Assembly (NCBI GenBank): GCA_964234715.1 | Contig: OZ174282.1 | Length of the DNA: 64,000 nucleotides | Source: Podarcis melisellensis | Lineage: Eukaryota | Reading direction: 5' to 3' (one strand) | Shown: piece by piece, positions 1 through 11,606 of the stretch | Layout: the number at the start of each line of letters is the position of its first letter | How positions within the stretch are numbered: position 1 is the stretch's first letter | Notes under the pieces: generated by a model | Database searches by the model: none | Told to the model about the DNA's origin: nothing | Seen by the model: the letters and a program-made list of their open reading frames with translations, nothing else | Position numbers and translations under genes: made by a program

Positions 1-239
1 AACCTGGGACCTTCTGCATGCTAAGGGCATGCTCCACCACTGACAATCCCCTAAATCACAATGGCACACGCAATAAAATAAGATGCCTGGCTCTCGCTCT
101 CCCACAAGTTATTCCACACTGGGATCCCTACCATAGTTGTCACCTTTTCCCTTTTCTTGCGAGGAATCCTATTCGGAATAAGGGAATTTCCCTTAAAAAG
201 GGGGAAAGTTGACAGCTATGATCCCTACCAAGAATAAAC

Positions 240-800
240 CAGAAACTCGGGGGGCGGGGAAGGGGGGACCCAGGCGCAGCGTCAGGCAGCAGCCTCCCCG
301 AGCGCCTCGCCTTGTTGCCCGGGGCCGGGCAGGCAAAGGAGGGGCTCTCCTCGTCCTTGGGGCGACGGCGCTGCTCCAGAGCCGAGGGCGCCGGGGGCCG
401 AGGAGCGGGCTTGGGCGGCGCTTCCCGGGGCCTCCCCGCTCCAGGGCCGCCGCCAAGGAGGCCGCAGCTCTCCGCCCACAGATCACCGACCTTCCCCCGA
501 CAAGCGGCCATCCTCGCTACGGCGGCAGCCATCGCGCCGTTGCGTCAGAGGGGAGTGCGTCTTGGAGGCGCTGGAAGATGACGTTTCGCGCGTGCGCCGT
601 GCAGCCGGGTTGCTCCTCTCGGGTCTTCTCGAGAGCACAGAGTTAGGAAACGGGTAGAGTCGCAATGCCACCCCTTCTTCCGGCTCTCCCAAGAGCATAG
701 AGTTAACAGGGGAAAGCTCGGAGCAGAAGGTGCTCTCCCCTCCGCCGAAGGAGAGGCCACCACCTTCCAGGCCCTGGACGGCTTCAGTCGGCGGCACTGG
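240..800. promoter_or_regulatory. CpG island / housekeeping-type promoter of the gene downstream of TET3
   Basis: Very GC- and CpG-rich stretch. NRF1 palindrome GCGCGTGCGC at 588-597, CRE half-site TGACGT at 579-584, and a YY1/Kozak-like gcgATGGCTGCC at the minus-strand ATG (532). Confidence 0.8.
491..532 (-). CDS. First coding exon (MAAAVARMAACRGK) of a downstream gene; resembles a mitochondrial targeting peptide; BOLA3 is a candidate by synteny
   Basis: ATG at 532 inside the CpG island; AAG|GTCGGT donor at 491/490, phase 0; Ala/Arg-rich peptide with no acidic residues. BOLA3 neighbours TET3 in mammals, but 14 aa cannot prove identity. Confidence 0.5.
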
Positions 801-961
801 CTCTGCCGCTGCTGCCACGTGGGACCTCCACCTTGCAGGGCGGCAACACCTGCACTTTGGAACTCCCCGCCTATTGCCTGTGAAGGCAGATGCCTTCACA
901 GGGTGCTTGCCAGAGCTTGCTAAAAAAACATTTTTGTTTAGACAAGCCTACCCAGATGCTT

Positions 962-1310
962 GGGACGCGGGTGGCGCTGGGGGTTAAACCACAGAGCCTA
1001 GGACTTGCCAACCAGAAGGTCGGCGGTTCAAATCCCCGCAATGACGGGGTGAGCTCCCGTTGCTCGGTCCCTGCTCCTGCCAACCTAGCAGTTCAAAAGC
1101 ATGTCAAAGTGCAAGTAGTTAAATAGGTACCGCTCTGGTGGGAAGGTAAACGGCATTTCCGTGCGCTGCTCTGGTTCGCCAGAAGCGGCTTAGTCATGCT
1201 GGCCACATGACCCGGAAGCTGTACGCCAGCTCCCTCGGCCAGTAAAGCGAGATGAGCGCCGCATCCCCAGAGTCGGCCACGACTGGACCTAATGGTCCCT
1301 TGACCCTTTT
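962..1310 (+). mobile_element. Sauria SINE, full length
   Basis: Head GGGACGCGGGTGGCGCTG..., typical body; 15-bp TSD TACCCAGATGCTTGG at 949-963 and 1311-1325. Confidence 0.92.
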
Positions 1311-2974
1311 TACCCAGATGCTTGGAAAGTTGGTGCAAGTTTTAATGTTTTCAGTCTACAGTTGTTTTAAACTTTTAAAAGTCTTAAATTATGGTTATTA
1401 TTCTTATTGATAATTTTTCTTGTATCTTTTTAGCAAAACTGCTTTAACCATTAAAAAAAACAAATAAACCAGTGTATACATTTTATGAAATAAACCGTGG
1501 TTGCTGCAACACTAAAAGATCAATTTCTTGCAAGTTCAGAATGAAATCCTGGGAGAGCTGTTGTGCCCTGAGAGCACAAGCCCACGGCACTCAGCATGCA
1601 CTAGGTAGGTTGTGTCCGTATATGTGCGAAGTCTCCAAATTTTCCTATTTCATTTAGGGAACAGGCATCCTGGCTCATCGAGGCAACAGGAGAATGTTAG
1701 CTTTGCTTTTAAGGCTTCCTTGATCCTCATTTGTTAGACTACAGCACCCTCTTGTGTCTTCGTGCAGTCCCTGCACCCTCCTATTATTTCCCCCCTGCAC
1801 CAACTTCAAAGCAAGACCTCGGGGTCAAGGTAGTGAAGATGCCACCCAAGTGCATGGCAGCAACTGTGAAAAAAGTGCATCCCATGTTGAGGATCGCAAA
1901 ACTTTAATCAAAATGTATCAAAAGATCTACAATGAGTAACCTGTCCATGGAGAGAGATTTCAATGTACAGTAGATTTCAAGACTGTTATTGAAAAAGTTG
2001 CACAAATTTAAACCAAGCGATTTTTAATACATTTAAGTATACTATCATTAAATGCATCTTACTTTAATTACATCAGTATTTTCTTAAAACACAATGCATA
2101 TGCTTGGGGGTAAGAAGGGGTTCAATACTGGACTGGTGGAAGGGACTCAGGAAGTGCTAACGGTCCACAGGTTGGGCATGCAATGCAATCCACACTATGC
2201 CCCTGCCACTCTCCAAGCCCAAGGCAGAGGGAGATTGCTGGGGTAGCCCCAATTATCACCTGACTGAGGAAGAGGAAGGCAGTTTGTGTGTATGTGACAC
2301 AGAGGAAAACAGGCATTGGACTTTGCATCACAGGCATACTTAGGCTCCCTAGCACCCTTGGCAAGGAGCTGTATCGGCACCCACCCCCAGTCCCTTATGC
2401 TCCTCCACCAAGGTGGCCAGAGGAGACTGCACTCCTCAGCCAGCCAGCCAGAGCAGCAGAGGAGCAGCTCAGAGAGTCTGCTAAGCCGGAGTGCAGAGGC
2501 ATGATTTTTGTACCCCCTGGGTAGAGGCGGGTTTAGGGCAGCACAACTGGTTTCCCTGCACTGAACACTGAGCCGGGGGGGGGGGGCACTGCAGGGTGTC
2601 ACAGTGAAGACTCGGTGGACATGCCCAGGAAAACTAAGTGTGTCCAATGCTGTTTTAGACCTCCGTAATAGGAAACTAGCCAGATGAGTTGAGCAAGCAG
2701 ACCAGCCACATTATTCTGTGTATCAGGAAGGGTGACGGACAGGCATTCCACGTGCCCGTTGTTGTCCATGAAGGAGGACCACGCAGTTGAGTGAGTGTCA
2801 GCATGGCCAGGGCAGGATTCTGTCCTCTGAGGCCCAGGGCATGAGGGGCATAAGGCAGATGGCAACTCGGCCTGATGACTTGCATTACTACTGCAATACC
2901 ATTTAAATGTAATGTGAGAAGAAATCTTAAGCTTGGATGATGGAGAGGGAAAAAACACACAGAATTTGAGTGCA

Positions 2975-5900
2975 AAAAATAAATATAAAATTTATTAAAA
3001 CACCCACAATAGTTTAAAGATATCGGGAATAATACATTTCACAAACCAGTTGGTTGTGTAACATAATAAAATACAAATTAAAAAAAAGGAGGGTCCATAT
3101 TTGCAATTTTTAGGCATCCTAAAAATAAATTTTCAGAGACACTGAAGGGAGAAGTGTGAAAGGAAAAAAAATACAGACAAGAGGGGGAAATTATACAAAA
3201 TAAAATTATCAGCATAAATTTACCATACTAAGGATATCTACAGTTTAATACACAAGTCCTATTGCCTTGAGACATTGTAAAATCTACCATTTGTCAACCA
3301 ACCCCAGATAAACTTCATTTCAAGTAGCCACAGTCACAAATCAACAAAGAAATCTTCAAGTGTGGTCCACAAGGTGGCCTCCACTGGAGGTCTCGTTTAC
3401 CAAATGTGAATTCAAAGAGACAAGAAATCAAATACATTGAGAAGTTACAGCCTTCGGTTAACTAAACTGAATTAGTCTGCCAAATCCAACCTGTTTCTTT
3501 TCCTCATTTCTCTTAATTATTTTTTTTAAATGTATTTAGAAGTCAGCTTTATACCTTTTTAATTAGTTTTACACGCAAAAAGAAAATCAAAAGCCAGCTG
3601 GACAGCAGACGTTTTCCAAAGATTGAACAGCAGTGAGTAAACTCTAAACAACAGGTGTCAAAAAAGGAGGAAAAGGATGGCAAACAAAAATCACTTGTAA
3701 AATATATCCCTGATATTGGAGCAGAAGACAAAATTGGCCAATTTGCTTTACTATTCTTAGGCAAAAAAGAGAAACAACAATTCACATCTTGACCATGAAA
3801 TATTCTTAATGCAGGCGAGACTCTTGTTGCATTCCACAGAGAACTGCCTTCCTAAGAGAATACAGGAATGTTGCTCTTTGCTAGTTACCATAAGATTTAT
3901 AATTTGCTGTCTGGAAAAACAAGTCACATACTGTCCATGAAGTGGTAGAGCGCTAAGAGCAATAATATGCTGGGGATCTGTCCCAATCTAGCACCAACAT
4001 TTCATCTTTGCCCCTGGAATCTGTTTCTTAGTCCACCCAGTGTTGTCATTTCTGCATTTTCAAAACTGCTTAGTGGAGTAATCCAACTGGATGGCATATT
4101 TGAAAAAATAATGCACTTTTTGCTGGCGGGGGGAGCGGGTGGTGGTGAATAAAGTCAGGATTTTGCTGTTCCCAGATCAAAACCTCATTGGAAACCTTTG
4201 CAAATTCTGCAGCAAAAAGAGTTTGAGAACATTCTATTGGGGCAGATTTTTTTAAACCAAATGTGCAGAAACTATTATTTGATTACTGATAATATAGCTG
4301 CTTAAGATCTTATTTCTAAAAATGCTTTCCCATGTGGGCCATACGCTGTTCTGAGGTACTTCAGTAAAATCTACTGTTTACTGAAATGAAAGCACCACTC
4401 TCCCAGTTCACCTTTTTATTAGTTCTGTACACTGATTCCTCATTATGTTTCATTATTTTGAAAGTGAGAACTTGCCCAAGAATAGAACTACAAAGGCCAT
4501 ACAGTCTATAAGATGTCAAGTACAGTGTTGACGTAATAAAATACACACCTTGTTTCTAATATTTGTATCAATCCCATTAGCTATAACTGAATCACAGGTT
4601 GCCACAATACTCTGTTTCTGAGGTATTTTTTGTATGTATTGTGATAACAGCAAGCTTATTATATGATGAAAACCTGGCTTCTGTACACATTTAAAACAAG
4701 TCTTGTGAACAAAAGAGAGAGAAAAAGTGAAAGACAGAGTGAGAGAGAAAATAAATAGCACCAAAAAGGTATCTTGTAAAACTTTCAGACACAACTACTC
4801 ACAAATAGCAATATACAAAGAAAAAGCCATCATAAAGTAGCAGAATGAAGCTGGCATTTTAGACTAAAGGGTAGCAAATCCAAGTGTGGCCAGACCCTGG
4901 TTCCCTTCTCCACTATGAACCTTCAACAGGTTGGGTCCGTTTTCAATATTAACATCTATAGAATAAACCTGTTTACACTGAGATGCAGATGTGGTCCAAG
5001 AAGGATTTTTCCTTGGTTAAGGAATGCAGGACTAAGTCATAACTTTTTGCTGTTAACTATAAAAGCAAGCAAGCAGGCAAGCTGGAGAAGACGCAACTAC
5101 ATTGCTTTATAAATAGCTGCTCTGTCTTGGAGTGACCTCAAAACTTCCAATTCAGCACCCATTGTTTTTGCATAATAATGACCAATACAGAATGTTACAT
5201 ATACCTGCACCATGCACGCTTGCTAAATTGGCACAAGTGTTATCTCAAAGTAGTTTGTAGTACCTTATTTTCCAGCTGCTTAAGGAAAGCATTTTAAATT
5301 TTACTTATTCATAGTTAAACTTCCTTTGAGCTTGATCCCAGAAGCCCTTTTCACTGGTGGTAGTTTTGCCAGCACCTGATTCCACTGAGCGAAGTAGGAC
5401 TAGTAAAAAGATAGCTCTCAGCATCTGATCCTAAGCTGTGCTGCTCCATTTATATCAGCTAAGGATCTAGCCCTAGGATGTGGATAGTTGTCATTTATAC
5501 CAAAGTAACCTCTGCTAGATCTACACACATGTAAATGAGCTAAAAATTATGTAGCTGTAAATTTCAGACTCAGAGCATAGACTTTTAAAAAAAAAAACAT
5601 ATTTAAAACATTGAAACTTTCTATTATCAGTTAATTGTACAGTTCTCTGGTTTGACATATACTGTAGCACCATAGCAAGATGGAATCTGGCAAAAAAAAC
5701 CCAAGCCCAAACACCCTTTTTTAAAACGAACCCACCAAGATAGCACCATTTCATCAGAAGATTTCGGTTATTAAAATTTGTGTCTTTAGCCCACAGTGCA
5801 GACATTGCATCAGCTGAAACAACTCAGGGCTTCTTTGCTCATTTTTCTCTCTCTCTGCCTTTCTATGGGACACAGTTACAACCTATGATAAATAGAAAGA

Positions 5901-8900
5901 AGGGAGCTCTCTAACTCTACTGATATATTGGGATAACCTCGTGTCTCACTGATGCAGCTCCTCAACTGTCTGCTAACCAGAGACAGCAACACAACATTCC
6001 TGTTACACACACACAAAAGTTCATAGCAAGTTCACAAGCAATGAGCCTTTTTGTCACCTTCCCAAACTGGACCCCCTGTATGCAGAATTGTTCCTTTGCC
6101 TTCTATACTGTTTGGTCCATGCATTTTTTCTCCATAAATAATTATTTACCATGATCTGCTTGAGCTCTTGATTAACCCAGAAGAGTAAGCGCCCCAAAGG
6201 AAATAATTTTAAACAGATGACACTCACGGTGGCCCAGTAGCTCAGCAAAGCATACAGAGGAAATAAGAATTCACTTAAAGAAGGGACCTTAACCGACCCA
6301 AATTTCTCCCAGAGAAGTTTAAGGGGAGTTTGCTAATAACTTCAGCTGGAGCACCACTGGATCCCTTTTTCAAGATTTTTCCCCCAGGGATTACAGTTTT
6401 GTTTGTAATTTTAGCACCATCAGCTATTATGATTGAGGGCTAGTTGCTGTTAACTTGATTCATGTCACTACCCCCAAAAGATACATTTCAAAGAAATTTC
6501 TCACTACCGTCCTGCAGAAGTTGCTTTGCCTTTGAGAAGGGCTGCAGTCAGGATTCATGATTTCTGAAAAGGCCAACATGATGCTCAAGGCCCTGGTGGT
6601 CTTGGCTTCCCACACCTCACAATAGGATGTTCAGTGGGCATATAGAGATGTGCGAGCTAAGGCAGCCTTAGTTCCGTGCTCTCCAACTCCCATCACCTAT
6701 GACCATGGACTGTGCTGGCCGGGGTTGATGGGTCCTTCAAGGGCACCAGACTAGGGAAGGCTGCTCTATGCAACAAGCAGCATAATTAAGCTCACAAACG
6801 TTGCTGCAGACTGAGGGAGACCTGCCATAACGGCACATCCAACTTCCTATGACTGAGAAGTGTAATCATTTTTTACCCCGTTGGCTTTAGAATGGTCGGG
6901 CCAACGTGGTGCCCTTAAGACACCTTTTACAAGCACCTTTGTAAATAAATACATATCTGTTTCCATTTACTTTTCTAAATGACCCTGACCACAACAGGAG
7001 CTGTAATTGTCCATGTGCAAGCAAAAAGATGACTGCCAAATAAAATAATTCTCCCCCCCCCCTTTTTTTTTTTAAAGCAGGAGTAGATACTCTGTGCACA
7101 GTTCTATTCATAAATCTGAGGCATGGTAACTTTTCCCAACAACTGAGATTCGAGGTAGGTTATATACGTAGTGAGAAACAACCTCAGATTGCACCCTACT
7201 CGTAAATATACTAAGTACATCAATTTATCCAGGATTTTGAGAGTCAGGAGTTTTGCCTTTACTTCTAGCAGCCTTGTTTTAAAGTGTGCATATAACGTAT
7301 GTGCTGCAGAAAATGATGGTAGCATTAACATAATGCTGCTATAGATTTAATACTGCCATTGCCAGAATCAAATAGCATGTGGATTGCCTCCTATCTGCAC
7401 CAAGATCAACCAATTATACTGGGAAACACCTGGCACAATGGGTTTGGAGAGCCAGATTTTTATTTTTATTTTAAAAAAAGAGAGAATCTCAGTCCAAAAG
7501 TCTTAGAGAAACCCATCTAAGATGAAGCAAATGAGAATTTTGCCTTAGACACACAATTTCAATAGGGAACAATTATTCCAGTTTTATTCACTCTGGACTT
7601 GTGTCAGTGCAAAGGGAAAGCACCATTTGGTCCTTTGAATTATTTGTGTGAGACAAATAAAGGACTTGCCCTGCCAATTCGTTTTTCTCCTTTTCTCTAT
7701 TCCTATTGTGAAAAAAACAGTGGAAATGGACACAGTCAAATTTGGATTAATTCATTGGTCTTCCTGCGTTGCTACCTTCTGACTCCCAAGACAGCTCCTG
7801 TTCTTTAAACTTGCCTCTACAAAAAGGTATTTCCCTCATCCAGAGATCTTAAGGGCACCATTGCTAGAAAGTTACAGCTCCAGAGCCACATTATGCCATG
7901 ATCAGACAGCTCAGAAAAAATCCCTAAACGGAAGCTGAACACACAATAGGATTTCAACAGGTCAGATACACAGCCACACCTCCCTTCCCACATATATTAC
8001 AATTTCTTGCTCTCCAAAGTCATGCAAATGAATCTTCCAAGGCACCCCTGCAACACCTTTAAAATAGGAAAGTCAAATGAGACGTTAACAAGGAAATTAC
8101 AGTAACAAAAAAACCAAACTAAAATGTTTTTGGAAAGAGATACAAGTCCAATGCTTTCCCCCAACTACAGCCGGCTAACGGAGCCATCCTACATTAGCCA
8201 ATAGCAAGCAGCCATTGGCCTAGAAAGCCTGAGAAGATGGAATATGTGGTGATTTAACTGAGGGCTGGAGCTACATGCTTATGCAGAGACCTCCTAGATT
8301 TGGACCACATCAGACTTCAGATAGCATTAAATAGAAATAAACAACCCTCACTGCATGCAGAAATCTAAAATAACAGAGAGAAAGCTGTTCCACTTTGTGT
8401 AGTTGTTAATGGGGTGAGGGACCACGTGAATCTTTAAAGAAATGCGATTTTCCCACCTGAAGCCTGAAGTGGTATAATCGAGGCAGGCCAACTAGTCCAT
8501 GATTCGACAAACAAGTAGAATGTAGAATGTAGAAGCATGTCAGAGCAGCCCCACTGAAATCAATGGCTGATTTACAGAAGTGGAGGATCGGGCCTTGCAT
8601 GGGACGACATCACTATCATCCTATGACATTCAGAACATTTCCTATAAATCTGACTTGGAACAATTCTTAACAAGCACGATACGCTCATGGGTATGCATAT
8701 GAAATCAATTATCATTCATTGATTTTCCCCTTGCCAAAAAAAAAAAAGCATCTTTACAGAATACAGTAAAAACAAAAAAGGACGGAAAAGCATGTTAAAT
8801 ATTTTGTTTCTATTTACATTTCTCCCGCAATAATCTGTTTTAAAACATACTGCTCTTCAAGTTATTGGGTAATTTTTTTTCTTTTAAATCTTGGTGAAAG

Positions 8901-11606
8901 TGCTTTTTTAAAAAAATCTTTCTCTATTTACAGTTTAAAATCAGAACCACATAAAACACTCAGGATGCTGTATAGAGATCCTGGTTTTGTTTTGTTTTTT
9001 TCCTGTTCCAGCGCGTGAGGATTGAGAAGGTTCCCTAGTAAACAAAATGCTATGTACAGGTTTTAATTTGCAAGCCGTTTTTTTTTTCTCAAAAGGCACC
9101 TGTTAAGTGCAGAAGGAGGTGGCCAAGGAATAATCAGTTTCAGATCTCGAATGTGTTTGATCTTCTGGCCTTCTGCAGTGTTGAGAAATCGCATGCACAG
9201 GCTTATCAAAGCCATAGGGGACCTACTCTGCTGAAGGAGTCAGACCTCCCATTTTTTCTACAGAAAGACCCGTAGTATAAGGCAGCAAAATACTCTTGCA
9301 CCCATTGCCAAAAGAGTTGCCGCCACCCAATCTGAAGATGGCATCCATTTTGAGGAGACGCTTTGAAGTTGCTGCCTCAAGGCTGGAAGGTTCTACCCCC
9401 AGTTCCAATGGAAGTTCATGGAGATTTTCTGAGCAAATTTAGTGAGAGCACCTAAAGCCCAGCAGGGACTTCATCATTAACATTTTCCCAGTAAAGGATG
9501 AAATTCACACAATATGGAAAAGAACCACAGACACAAACTTCCTCCTACACAACGCTTCTGTCCTTGCGCCCTGTCCTATTAAGATTTTTTAAATAAAAAC
9601 AACAACAACCAACCAACCCTGATATAAGTAAACTTTTTGGTGTAGTTTAAATAGTACAAGGGTTCAGAATTAGAGTGAATTTCATCCTAATTTAGGGAAG
9701 ATTTCCTATCATCATTTTAGCAACACAATGCTTCTGTCGAGGGGAGGTCTGGCTTCAGAGAGTGTAGCCACTTACGTGAATCAGCTATTCTTAAGACAAC
9801 TTGCATTACTGATGGGGAAAGAGAGGTTAACCTTAAAAAGTTGTGATTCAAAGTTTGAAAAGCACCAGCTGTTTTGCAGTAATCAGTTATCACATAACGT
9901 TGATATTTCCTCTTTAAAAAATGGCACAAGAAAAATAAAATAAAACTTACAATAAGCCAATTTCATTTTTGCATTTGAAAATGTCCACGTGTAAAGGTTG
10001 GTGTGTGTGGACATTTTCATTTGGTAAGCATGCACCTTTTGAAAACACAGCACAAAGGAGATCTATTGTGTCCTTCCTTTTCATTGGACTCTGCACCAGA
10101 GATGATAAAAAGAGGTTTGCCATGATGGTTTCTTAAAGATACAGGAGCTCAGCCCGAGATACTTGTGTTTCCAGAGTAGCTTTACTTTTCCCACTACAGA
10201 ATGAGAGATTCAAAAGTGAGGCGGACATCAGTTCGAAATAGTCAGGCCTAGCCTACGGAAAAATTAAGTGTGGATGGTTACACCGTATGATAAATTTGGC
10301 AAGAACCAAAACATTGCTAAGTGCTATTCTGTGAGTCCCACAGAGTGAGAGACATGAAAATCAACAGGCCACTTCTTGGGCAAACACAGCACCTTCCAAA
10401 TATTGTTTTATGATGCTTCTCTTCTACCCAGTCCTCCCCACCTCCCCTTCCACCTCTTCTCCTTAAATCTGTCCTTTTCTCAGTTCCTTCCTTCATGAAT
10501 TTAACTGGGTAAGATATTTATGCCAAAACAGTTAATGGAGAAGTTAAACTAGCTTAATTTTACACAGGCTGTACAGCCGCTGCCTCTTGCCTTGGCAAAA
10601 GAACTTCATTCAAAAGAACTTGCCTTTAAATAAAAACGTAACCTCATGCAGTGGCAGAAATAATATCTTTATCTTCATTCTTTTCATTTCCACCTCCTAT
10701 GAAACTGGTTAAAGTTAGGCCACAAGCTCACAGCAAACCTGACCTTGCAGTGGTTTACACGACATAATTTTTACACAGACAGCAACGTGTGCCAGCTGCA
10801 CTCATGCCCAGAGGACTGGTACTCCCCTCAGATGCTCTAGGCAGACTCAGAGTTGTCTTGAGGATTGAAACAGGCGAATTGAGTCATCTTTTTACAGCTT
10901 CCCCACTGTGTGAATCCATCTATTCTGTTGGGGGCCCCTCCCAAGTTAAGTGAAGTGTCACACAAAAATTTATGCTCTGTTCAAAACCAATGAAGTGGAA
11001 ACTGTTGCCTATTTGTAGTCTCTTGTCTTCTCTACTTAATTCTTCCACCAAGCTTTTTCCTTCCTGGAAGAAATCTACTAAATCTCTAAGAAACCATCAC
11101 ACAGCAAATTATACAACTACTTTAATAGTAAGTCTTGGTTTCTGGGAGGTCTCTAATGTGAGATTTCTACCCCACTTGGATGTGATGGATGGTGCAGATT
11201 CTTATTGGCTTAGGGTGCAGCTGAGTTTTAAATTTTGCTTCTATGTCACATAATCCCCTTCAGAGTTGTAATAATTTCTGTTAAAAATCCAATATACACA
11301 TGTGTATTTGGAATGGAATTAAAAAGCTCTCCTTTGCGAAAGGACACTACAAATTTCTCTTGCCATTATCATGATGTACAGATTAAAAATGCACAGATAT
11401 AAATATTTTTAGATTACTGAAAAATGTTAACAGCAATAAGTTTCTTCAGCTCAACTCCCAAGTGCAGATAATATACTGGAAATGTCACACTTGGCCTGGC
11501 TTCGTATTTCTCTCCGACACACGAAGGAAAAAGCACCACAAACCAGCACTGTGTTCCAGTGCTGCAGACTTTGAGGTAAAATGGCCCCATGCCAGCTGCG
11601 CTCTGC
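2975..11606 (-). other. TET3: TET3 3'UTR (~8.6 kb)
   Basis: Follows the stop at 11607; no recognisable TEs; dense in minus-strand miRNA seed matches; ends at an AATAAA with a U/GU-rich downstream element. The end position is inferred. Confidence 0.75.
2991..2996 (-). terminator. TET3: Polyadenylation signal AATAAA of TET3
   Basis: TTTATT on + strand; followed on the minus strand by U-rich and GU-rich sequence (UUUUUUGCA...CUGUGUGUUUUUUCC). Confidence 0.7.

Noticed and set aside
140-987. Several 65-145 aa ORFs in the CpG island
   Set aside because: GC-rich stop-poor sequence; only the 491-532 exon has start and splice support.
5741-5770. A miR-29 gene on the + strand
   Set aside because: The match is split by 12 extra nt and there is no precursor hairpin; it is a target site on the minus-strand mRNA.
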